The position numbers and the translations under genes are program-made. The notes below the pieces were generated by a model. The model saw only the letters and a list, made by a program, of their open reading frames with translations. It did not search any database and was not told where the DNA came from. From the NCBI GenBank assembly GCA_963662285.2, contig CAXXMV010000001.1, positions 672,001-736,000 on the forward strand: a DNA stretch of 64,000 nt, written 5' to 3'. Positions 9,198-17,049 of this stretch are shown one piece after another. Numbering within the stretch: position 1 is the stretch's first letter; each line of letters starts with the position of its first letter. The DNA is from a bacterium (GTDB lineage: Bacteria; Hinthialibacterota; Hinthialibacteria; Hinthialibacterales; Hinthialibacteraceae).

Positions 9198-10094
9198 TCA
9201 CCCATATTGGACGAGCGCTGATAGGGATTTTCTCATCCGACTATACTGCTGAATCGCTTTAGCTATCGATTCTCCCACTTGACGCTGCATTGGAATAAAA
9301 CGGTTACGCCACGCTCCATAACTTAATTCGATTAACAATTCTTTCGGCTTACTTTTATCAGATAAAACGTAAGCATAATGCTCTGCGCCCCGCTTTGCAT
9401 ACAACGCTGCATATTTGGCTTTGCCCGAATAAAAGACTGTTGTTTCAAAGCCATGAGCATTCATCTCTGATGTTTCGTCATCAATGAAATGTTGGAATGT
9501 AGAATGTATATCTTCTGGTATGGCAAATACATTTGATACAGAACAGGGTGTGGATGATTCGATTTTAAGTGATTGCGCAATATCTTTATGGGTGTCTTCG
9601 ACCCAGTGCAATTGCAAAGGATCGAAACCAGTCAGGTCTTTGCGCAATTCATAGGCGCAAATCCGCCATCCCTGTTTCCCCTTTTTATGATTCATTGTTA
9701 CTATGAATGACAAGAGGGGGCCAATTGAAAGATCCCAGCCGTCTTTTTGCACCATACGCACGGCTTGACGTAGATCGCCCTTGCTGGGCGTATGAAAGGA
9801 GCCTGGGTGTTTATGCCAGTATCCCAGTACATGAACCCTGTTCTGATGATGCCATTTGATGATATTGAGCAGCAGTTGATCGAATTCTGCATCGTTTGAA
9901 CAATGGATAATATCAAGATCCGAATTCGGACCAGCAGGAAAGGCATAGAGCAGCGCTGGATCAGAGCAAGTTCCAACCAGCAAACCGACGGTCTCCTGGT
10001 TGAGGTTTTTGTTGCATTCCGATTCGATGACGGCGAGACAAGACCAGGATGCAGGCATCACTTTGGCGAACAAAGGAATCGAGAGAATATTCAA
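9198..10094 (-). CDS. JAB/JAMM (Mov34/MPN) metallopeptidase with C-terminal extra domain
   Basis: ETVGLLVG and WHKHPGSFHTPSKGD match the E...HxHx7Sx2D JAMM motif. Confidence 0.88.
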   Translation of the reverse strand: MNILSIPLFAKVMPASWSCLAVIESECNKNLNQETVGLLVGTCSDPALLYAFPAGPNSDLDIIHCSNDAEFDQLLLNIIKWHHQNRVHVLGYWHKHPGSFHTPSKGDLRQAVRMVQKDGWDLSIGPLLSFIVTMNHKKGKQGWRICAYELRKDLTGFDPLQLHWVEDTHKDIAQSLKIESSTPCSVSNVFAIPEDIHSTFQHFIDDETSEMNAHGFETTVFYSGKAKYAALYAKRGAEHYAYVLSDKSKPKELLIELSYGAWRNRFIPMQRQVGESIAKAIQQYSRMRKSLSALVQYG

Positions 10095-10097
10095 CGA

Positions 10098-10529
10098 TCA
10101 AGCCCTCCTTCGCAGCAGAGGGTTGGATGATTCCCGCTGATTTTCCCATTTGTTGCCATCTGGCCAATGTTTGGTTCGGCGATACTCCTCATACGACCGT
10201 ATCCATCCACAAGCCCAATCGAGAATCACTTTACCGGACGTTTGAGGCCCAACATCATCAACCCCCCACAAACACAAACGACCATCGCCAAACATGTGGG
10301 GAGCAGGATTGATGCGGGGCGATGTAATGACAACTTCGGGGTGATCGTAGGGAAAACGGTCGGGATAATACATCATTATATTGTACAGTTTCCCTTTCCA
10401 GCGGAATTTCAGATAGACCTCTATCCTCCCTTTGCGTTGAGATATGCGGGTATTGGGATAGACCTTGTTGATTAAATTGGTTTCAAGCCGTAAACGTTCA
10501 GGCAGACGTATATACCAAGGTTTCATCAC
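10098..10529 (-). CDS. Prokaryotic E2 (UBC-fold)-like protein
   Basis: RLRLE helix, YPDRFPYDHPEV and PHMFGDGRLCL (His plus presumptive catalytic Cys, UBC-like spacing); AGGAGGTG RBS. Confidence 0.82.
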   Translation of the reverse strand: MMKPWYIRLPERLRLETNLINKVYPNTRISQRKGRIEVYLKFRWKGKLYNIMMYYPDRFPYDHPEVVITSPRINPAPHMFGDGRLCLWGVDDVGPQTSGKVILDWACGWIRSYEEYRRTKHWPDGNKWENQRESSNPLLRRRA

Positions 10530-10596
10530 TTCACCTCCTAGTAAGGCGTCAGATCAATTGGAAGACGCAGAATAAAGGAATCGATCAGCACACAAA

Positions 10597-10764
10597 TTAA
10601 TGCCAGGTCGTTTTCTTCACATCATCCCGCTGATCCTGCTTATCCAGGTTAATAGTGACAACCTCTCGATCCTGAGGCGACATGTCCCGTCCCAGTAAAG
10701 GGCGTGGTTCCGGAGCGTCGTGGCTTTCTTCTTCGAAATTGGGGGTATTGGGCTGATCAGGCAT
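10597..10764 (-). CDS. Unannotated 55-aa acidic peptide heading the E2-JAB-E1 operon (MPDQPNTPNFEEESHDAPEPRPLLGRDMSPQDREVVTINLDKQDQRDDVKKTTWH)
   Basis: Translated by hand; AAGGAGA RBS 6 nt before ATG; not listed in the ORF track. Confidence 0.75.
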   Translation of the reverse strand: MPDQPNTPNFEEESHDAPEPRPLLGRDMSPQDREVVTINLDKQDQRDDVKKTTWH

Positions 10765-10932
10765 AGTATTTCTCCTTCTATTTTTAAAGTATGATTAAAA
10801 AAAGACAAAACTATCCCTCAGAAGTGATTTATATTTACATAAACCACTCAAAACAATATGGTTATAGATAGAAATAAGGATGGGAAACTTAAAGGATGGC
10901 TCCCGAAGGCAAGGGCATAGAAGATCAATCGC

Positions 10933-10981
10933 ATCGCATTACTTACCCAGGTAATGTAATGCGATAATAAAATAAAGTCAA
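10933..10981 (-). promoter_or_regulatory. Sigma70 promoter (TTGACT-17-TACATT) overlapped by a 33-bp near-perfect palindrome
   Basis: -35 at 10981-10976, -10 at 10958-10953; palindrome ATCGCATTAC-TTACC-CA-GGTAA-T-GTAATGCGAT at 10933-10965. Confidence 0.7.
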
Positions 10982-11404
10982 GCGCTTTTTTCATTTTTTT
11001 ACACTAAAAGATTTGGTGGAATTCTAAGAAGCAACCGTAGAGCTAAAGATGCCGCGATTATCTGACTCCTGAGCTGAGCAAGGAGCAACCAGCACCAATG
11101 ACCACGCAAAGATAACGTATAACAGAAGCATTAATTGAATAGAGCCACGCTGAACCATGATTTCACCCGCATTTCGGAATAGCCAAAATAAATCGAATGA
11201 TAGGATTATCTCAAAAAACAGAAGAAGAGTCTACTTGAGAGAGAGATTTCAACATAAACAGCGGATAATATTTGATTTGCAGACTATTATATTTGTTATG
11301 GGCTGTGGAGGGTGCAATGAGTTATAACCTGACTTGATCCATCACTCCAATTACGATGCGAACGGCGCTTCTATTTTGAAATCGTGCAACGACCGTGCAA
11401 TACA

Positions 11405-11445
11405 GGGGTGGTTTGAGGGGGTCTGAGGGTGGTCTGAGGGTGGTG
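11405..11445 (+). repeat. Short tandem repeat, about 3 x GGTGGTCTGAG
   Basis: GGGGTGGTTTGAGGGGGTCTGAGGGTGGTCTGAGGGTGGTG, about 70 bp inside the att-like site. Confidence 0.6.
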
Positions 11446-11517
11446 TCAACGTGAGGGCAAGATGAGTAAGTGTTTCTAAATGCTTGCTTTACTGATATTT
11501 ACGTGAATTGATGAATG

Positions 11518-11562
11518 TGATTTGTAATCAGCCGGTCGGAGGTTCAAGTCCCCTCGCCAGCT
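11518..11562 (+). pseudogene. 3' half of tRNA-Thr(TGT); probable att duplication
   Basis: TGA-TTTGTAA-TCAG anticodon arm, GGTTCAAGTCC T-loop and CGCCAGC-T acceptor 3' strand; no D-arm or GCTGGCG 5' strand upstream. Confidence 0.85.
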
Positions 11563-11805
11563 TACTTATTTCACTAGACTTATAATGATATCCCCTTAAA
11601 AAATTAAATTTCTCTTACAGCAGTTATGGTAAAAATACTACGATGTTTCTATGTGGGATATCCCATTTAAGAAGCATATATTTTTCTATACGTGAGTTTT
11701 TCGGTTATTTTTTTATTTCTCATAGGTTGTTATTCTTGGACAAATAAGTAATATCATACAAGTATTAGAACAAAAGAGAAATAATACAGTTTTGAGGAAA
11801 TCACA

Positions 11806-12501
11806 ATGCAATTAAATGTCCAAGAGGTTTCACAATTGCTAAACGTATCAGATAAAACGATTTATCGATGGGTTAGCCAGGGTGAAATACCCGCATACAA
11901 ATTCAAGGATCAATATCGTTTCAACGAAGCTGAGATTCTTGAATGGGCGATTATCAGGAAAATCAATATTTCCACCAATTTATTAGACGCATCGGAAACG
12001 AAGAATATCGTAACGCCGAAACTCTCCGAGGTTTTGCAGAATGGCGGTATTTTTTATCGTCTGGAGGGCAATGATTCCAGTGCGGCGATCAGTTCATTGA
12101 TCAAATCTTTACCAATTCTCGATGCACCGGTGCGTCAATTTTTGTTGGAAAGTTACATAGCGCGTGAATCTCTTAATTCGACGGCTGTGGGTGACGGGAT
12201 CGCCATCCCCCATTCGCGGGTTCGCGTGGTGCCTTATATCGTACGCCCGATGGCAGCCTTAGGATTTCTTGAAAACCCGGTTGATTTTAAGGCCCTGGAT
12301 GGTCAGCCTGTCCAGATATTGTTCACTGTCTTAAGTCCCAATTTGCGGGATCATCTGCGCATTCTTTCCCGCTTCATGTTGGCATTAAACGATCCAGAAT
12401 TCCGGGAAGCTCTACGAAAACAGGAATTGCGTGAAACGATTTTGAACCATTGCCGCCGTATTGATGAAAGTTCTACCCCTTCAAAGAATCCTAATCCGTA
12501 A
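11806..12501 (+). CDS. Excisionase-type HTH fused to PTS EIIA(Ntr/Fru)-like domain
   Basis: LNVSDKTIYRWV...IPAYK HTH; RESLNSTAVGDGIAIPH phospho-His motif. Confidence 0.9.
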   Translation: MQLNVQEVSQLLNVSDKTIYRWVSQGEIPAYKFKDQYRFNEAEILEWAIIRKINISTNLLDASETKNIVTPKLSEVLQNGGIFYRLEGNDSSAAISSLIKSLPILDAPVRQFLLESYIARESLNSTAVGDGIAIPHSRVRVVPYIVRPMAALGFLENPVDFKALDGQPVQILFTVLSPNLRDHLRILSRFMLALNDPEFREALRKQELRETILNHCRRIDESSTPSKNPNP

Positions 12502-12509
12502 GTTACCGC

Positions 12510-12545
12510 ATCAAGGGCTGACCGCAATGCGGTCTTGCCCTTGGC
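12510..12545 (+). repeat. Palindromic repeat family B (ATCAAGGGCTGACCGCAATGCGGTCTTGCCCTTGGC)
   Basis: Copies at 12510, 22562, 27347, 31867 and 34466; degenerate copies at ~29551, 50283 and 62473. Confidence 0.9.
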
Positions 12546-12630
12546 GCCCGAATTGATGAAAGTCTTATCCCCTCAATGAATCCAAATTGATGAGTTACGA
12601 ATAATAGAACGCTTATCAAAATTCATATCG

Positions 12631-15489
12631 TCAATCGTATAACAACGGCCCTCCGAGCGCCTCGAATGTTCCGGTTATCTCTGAACAGCGCTTTCCATCT
12701 TTGGTTATGATTTCTACGTTTAAGGTATAATGTCCCGGCGTGATTTTTGATGAATCCAGGATGAGCAGGCGGCTGGCTGTTAAATCCTGTTCAGTGCGGG
12801 ATAGAATTTTTCCTTGATCGTTGATAAGGCTTGTTTTAATTTTATGGCCGCCCGGTTTGATGGAAGAGACGCCCAATACCTCAAAAGAGACAGGTAAGTT
12901 TGAATCGGGCAGCATCACGAAACGCGGCGCCTCAAGCCGGGATATCATCGGAGATGTGAAGCGCAACAGTTTCACTGATCCCACGTCAACAGTTAGATCA
13001 GCGCCATGTTTGTAATCTCCCTCTGAAATATTTAATTGGACTTTGGATATGGTTTTCCATGGCGCCGCTCCCATGCCGGTGGATTTGATCATATCCTGCA
13101 CTGAAAATTGGACTGGAATCCATACGCGCTGCCGGTCTCCCAGGTCTCGCATGCTGGAGAAGAACTGGCGTTGTTTTTGGTGCGAGCCGATTAAAAAATT
13201 CAGTGGAGTTGAGTCGTCATCCACTTCGTCGCGGTTGGAATCAACCCGGACTTTGAATTCAAGATAATCATAGGAACTCATATCGAGCGCATTTTCGCTG
13301 AAATCCCGGTGTACGCGGGGCCATCCGACTGGATATTTGCCGCCTTCACCGCCGTCCAAGTTATGATCAACCTTTACCCGCCAACGAAGGCCTTTGGCGC
13401 CGTCCAGTCCGGCGGCGGTTTTAACCTCAGCCATTCCTTCCTTGGTGTCATTACGCCACTTGGTGAAATCGTCGCTGAGGTCTTTGGCTTCCAGTAGGCC
13501 TTGTTGCATGGCCTGATCAAGGATTGATGGCGCGTCCGAAGCATGCGCGGGGGATATTTGAGATATCAGCACGGACGGCGCAACGGCGTCATTGGTTGCT
13601 GGATATTGCAATAGGGATTCAATCATCAGAGCCAAACGCCAGCGCCGGGCATTGAATTCTTCTGAGGGCCACATGCCATCCGCCAGATATTTCTGTTGAA
13701 CTTCAATCGCGTCCCATGTCTCCTGCAACAACGCTTTGCCGGATTCCACCAGACTGCGACATTCTGGATCACGCGAGTCTACACGCTCACACACCGCCTG
13801 CTGAAGAGTGTAGATATAGCGGGCGTCATCGCGTCCTTCGCGGAAGCATTCCCAATAAACTGCGGGAATTACTTCGCCATCATCGCCGATGCGCTGGCCG
13901 CAGCCCGAACGGCTGCCGCGTAAGTAATCAAACTGATCAGGAGAGGGCGTCCAATTCCAGTTCCAGGGAATAAGGGTGGTGTAGCCGCTCCTCCAGAAGC
14001 CAAAGCCGTATGTCATTCGACCGCCTTTGCACATGACGCGGCGGTCTTTGATCTCACCAGCATTGTGATTGGGGTAGCACCAATACTCATAGCGTTTTTG
14101 GGCGATGATCTTTTCATAGGGCATTGAGTATGGTTGGGAACACCAGATATCAATATAGGGCCGGTAAGGTTCAGCATCGGCGGCGATGGGATTTTTGGTG
14201 GCGTAGGTTCGGACGCCAGCGTCATGCACCGCCTGGTACACCCGCCAACCGAACTCCTTATGGGAGGCGGCTACTTCGTCGATGGGGCAACAGATCACTT
14301 CCGGCCAGCCTTTGGCGCTGCATTCCTTCTGGAAGGATTTGAAAAGCGCTGTGACCTTTTCATAGAACTGCGGCGGGGGCATCTTGCTGATTATCCAGTG
14401 GTTTTCCCGTTTTCCGTCAGGAGTAGTTTCTTGATAAATGCGTGACATGACGCCGCCTCCAGTGACCGGAAGAGGCCCCTTCATACCAGCGGCCAGCATG
14501 CGCTCAAGTTCCTCTGCATTGCTGACAATGATCTTCTGGTTTCGTTCATCGGTTCGAAGAGAGAATGTCGGAAGCATGTCAAGACCGTACTCGACCATAG
14601 TACGGTATTCGTTGCCTGTGGCCTTGTTGATAAAATCTTCGTCTTTTCCTTTGTATTGCACGGAGTTTCGCACATAGTAATAAGACGAGTAATGTTTGTT
14701 CGGATCGGATTTCAACTTGAAGCCAAGCACCCGAAGCGCGAGCGGTATCTCAATGGCTTTATCGAAACCATCATCCCACACCGTTACTTTACCCTGGTAA
14801 AGACCGGGTTTCGCATCTTCCGGTATATGTATTCGAATCCACCAGCGCTGACATTCACCAGCTGGCGATGAGTGAACCGTGACGTGTTCCAGCAGTTCCG
14901 GGGTTCGTCGGTATGCGTCCCGCGAAGTGTAGCGCGGATAACCTACGTTCCAGTAAGTCACTAAACGCGCCGTAATCTGAGAAGCATCAATCACGCTGCC
15001 AGGACCATTCAGGGCGGAGACCTGAATCCGGAAATTCTCCAGGTTACGTACCGGATAAATGCTGAAGGTAACCGGCTCAAATTCGCCCGCCGCACTGAAG
15101 GCAGTGAGATATTGAAGCCGTTCGTGATAAAGGGGCTGTGTGTTGGGATGCACCGGCTCGGTGATGGGACGTTGAAAAAGCAGGTAACCGCGCTGTTTTT
15201 CAATTGCGGTCAGTTCCGGTTGGGGCGCGTTCGCAGTAAATGGCAATTCCCGGTAGTTCGCTGGAACGGTTGGCTGCGTCCGCGCCCGCAGGTCAGATTG
15301 GGCGCTGGCGGGTTTGGGAACATGGTGAATCGATGGCGCCGCATCCGGGATTGCTTGCTTTGCGCCCAGACCAAATGATAGGTACAGGCCAATAATTAAC
15401 GGGATTATCACTCTGCATCCGACGCGCACATTAAACATTTTATCCTCCATGCAAAAGTAGTTCGCTGTCAATTGGAACTGATATCTCAT
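12631..15489 (-). CDS. Large secreted putative glycoside-hydrolase-like protein (true start probably downstream of 15489)
   Basis: Signal peptide after MFNVR; GEFEP, DE and WECFREGRDDARY motifs resembling GH123/DUF4091-like proteins. Confidence 0.55.
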   Translation of the reverse strand: MRYQFQLTANYFCMEDKMFNVRVGCRVIIPLIIGLYLSFGLGAKQAIPDAAPSIHHVPKPASAQSDLRARTQPTVPANYRELPFTANAPQPELTAIEKQRGYLLFQRPITEPVHPNTQPLYHERLQYLTAFSAAGEFEPVTFSIYPVRNLENFRIQVSALNGPGSVIDASQITARLVTYWNVGYPRYTSRDAYRRTPELLEHVTVHSSPAGECQRWWIRIHIPEDAKPGLYQGKVTVWDDGFDKAIEIPLALRVLGFKLKSDPNKHYSSYYYVRNSVQYKGKDEDFINKATGNEYRTMVEYGLDMLPTFSLRTDERNQKIIVSNAEELERMLAAGMKGPLPVTGGGVMSRIYQETTPDGKRENHWIISKMPPPQFYEKVTALFKSFQKECSAKGWPEVICCPIDEVAASHKEFGWRVYQAVHDAGVRTYATKNPIAADAEPYRPYIDIWCSQPYSMPYEKIIAQKRYEYWCYPNHNAGEIKDRRVMCKGGRMTYGFGFWRSGYTTLIPWNWNWTPSPDQFDYLRGSRSGCGQRIGDDGEVIPAVYWECFREGRDDARYIYTLQQAVCERVDSRDPECRSLVESGKALLQETWDAIEVQQKYLADGMWPSEEFNARRWRLALMIESLLQYPATNDAVAPSVLISQISPAHASDAPSILDQAMQQGLLEAKDLSDDFTKWRNDTKEGMAEVKTAAGLDGAKGLRWRVKVDHNLDGGEGGKYPVGWPRVHRDFSENALDMSSYDYLEFKVRVDSNRDEVDDDSTPLNFLIGSHQKQRQFFSSMRDLGDRQRVWIPVQFSVQDMIKSTGMGAAPWKTISKVQLNISEGDYKHGADLTVDVGSVKLLRFTSPMISRLEAPRFVMLPDSNLPVSFEVLGVSSIKPGGHKIKTSLINDQGKILSRTEQDLTASRLLILDSSKITPGHYTLNVEIITKDGKRCSEITGTFEALGGPLLYD

Positions 15490-15505
15490 TTCTGTTTAAG
15501 ACTGA

Positions 15506-16783
15506 TCAATTAGTTTTCAGCGCCTCTGGTTTGGGGCATTGGTTGATAAACTTTAGAGATTGTTCTATAAAAATCTCTCCAGCCATTTCTCCCAGACTGG
15601 TTTGGGTGATGTATTCGTATTTTTTGAAACTGTCATAATCCACTTTGGTCAACAAATAACCGAAAGCGTCATTGGTCAGCCCCAGCAGGAAATTGTGCTT
15701 CCCATGCATATTGCGCCGTAAGTAATAACCGATATTGGGCAGCGCTTCGCCCGGAATGGTGAGCATCTGCGCGTCGCCCAGATTGACCACGTTTACCTGA
15801 GTGGAAACGCTGCCATCCTGGTTGGTCTGATAATTAAGTGGAGAATTTTTTAAGATAAATTGCATTATGGGCGATTCAATCTGGAAGGTGACCGTTGTCG
15901 CTTTGCATAACAGCGCAGGTGATTTTTGTACGCTGGCGCCAGAGACAATGCGCAATGCTTCATCCGCTAAAAGGTTTCCGATGCGGATGCATTCATCCCA
16001 TGTTTGAATATCCTCTCCATCAGCGCTGCGGCAGTCGGCGGTGACCATGCCGCCTTGGGCGCTATTCATGAAAATGGCCGTTCCGCCGCCTTGGGCTGCA
16101 ATGCGGTCATAAAGCGGCCCGCAGAGATCGGGGCTTAGGATTCCTCTATGAGGTCCGAGAACTTCGGGATGAGTGGCGTAGTTAACCAGCGTGGCGATAG
16201 GATTCCCCTGGCCATCAATGCACTGAAGAACCAGGCACCGGGGATCATAAAGTTCATCGGCGTAATAGTTGTAAGCGATTTTGCCTTGCGCTTTTCCGGT
16301 GGCTGTTTTGATTGACGCCGGTTGAAGATTCTGGATGGCGTCATTAATAGCTAGCGCCATTTTTTGGCAAACCATATTGATGTAATCAAGATCGGCTTCA
16401 ACTTTACCCGTCTCTGAGGGAAAGGCATAACAATCCGGCGCGCTATGAGTATGAGTAACTCCAATCAGGATATTTTCGGGTGGAATGCCTTTTACCAAGT
16501 CCCTGACCTTGTCGCCTAATATGGATGGGAAGCCCAGCAAATCCGCGCTGACAATCGCTACGCGCACATCGCCTTGTTCGATTACCAATGCCCGAACGGT
16601 TAAATCGCCCTTTTGCGTATGGGTTGGAATTGATGCGCCAATGCCTCCAGAAACAGGCAGCAATGGATCAGGAGTAATCATCTGAACCGAAATGGCCGCA
16701 CGAAATTCGGCGAACGGCCCGTTAACAAAAACCAACGAAAACAACATGCATGATATAAGTAGACGGAAAATCATTCTATTCAA
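15506..16783 (-). CDS. Neutral/alkaline ceramidase-like secreted hydrolase
   Basis: THTHSAP, NYATHP, NSAQG and IPGE motifs; signal peptide. Confidence 0.75.
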   Translation of the reverse strand: MNRMIFRLLISCMLFSLVFVNGPFAEFRAAISVQMITPDPLLPVSGGIGASIPTHTQKGDLTVRALVIEQGDVRVAIVSADLLGFPSILGDKVRDLVKGIPPENILIGVTHTHSAPDCYAFPSETGKVEADLDYINMVCQKMALAINDAIQNLQPASIKTATGKAQGKIAYNYYADELYDPRCLVLQCIDGQGNPIATLVNYATHPEVLGPHRGILSPDLCGPLYDRIAAQGGGTAIFMNSAQGGMVTADCRSADGEDIQTWDECIRIGNLLADEALRIVSGASVQKSPALLCKATTVTFQIESPIMQFILKNSPLNYQTNQDGSVSTQVNVVNLGDAQMLTIPGEALPNIGYYLRRNMHGKHNFLLGLTNDAFGYLLTKVDYDSFKKYEYITQTSLGEMAGEIFIEQSLKFINQCPKPEALKTN

Positions 16784-16957
16784 CTCCTTATTGTTTCATG
16801 ATTATATGGAAGCCCGATGGGACACGCTGGCGCTTTGTCCCATCATTTGCGCTTAGGTTTACGTCTGTATGTATTTATCTAAAAGCGATGGGACACGCTG
16901 TCGCTTTGTCCCATCCTACCAGATGTTTTTCTATATGATATGGCTTTTGGTTAATTT

Positions 16958-16990
16958 CCCTCACCCTTTCCCTCTCCCGATGGGAGAGGA
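16958..16990 (+). repeat. Palindromic repeat family C (CCCTCACCCTnnCCCTCTCCCnnnGGGAGAGG)
   Basis: Copies at 16958, 18833, 24716 and 42004; degenerate copies at 24802 and 48034. Confidence 0.85.
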
Positions 16991-17049
16991 GAAGTAAATC
17001 CGTTGGTGATAATATATCAATATCTACTCGTTTATATAGATATTGGCGT

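Larger units (their letters stand above)
1..11562. mobile_element. Right-hand part of a tRNA-Thr-integrated genomic island/ICE-like element (left end outside window)
   Basis: Bounded by a tRNA 3'-half fragment at 11518-11562; carries a second UvrD-like helicase, DUF932-like gene, DGR and E1/E2/JAB cargo; no integrase within window. Confidence 0.75.

Noticed and set aside
7986-10529. CBASS Cap2/Cap3 or ThiF/MoeB cofactor biosynthesis
   Set aside because: No CD-NTase, effector, ThiS/MoaD or thiamine/molybdopterin genes nearby; E2 is a separate gene
10617-10808. 63-aa ORF from the track as the ubiquitin-like modifier
   Set aside because: No evident RBS, no beta-grasp pattern or C-terminal Gly; the overlapping 55-aa frame has a strong RBS
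11500-11565. Functional tRNA-Thr gene
   Set aside because: 5' acceptor strand and D-arm are missing
11806-12501. Excisionase of the island
   Set aside because: HTH is fused to a PTS EIIA domain, a common chromosomal architecture, and lies outside the att site
16816-16919. Two ~29-bp repeats separated by ~42 bp as a mini-CRISPR
   Set aside because: Only two units; the second ends in CCTAC like the REP family D
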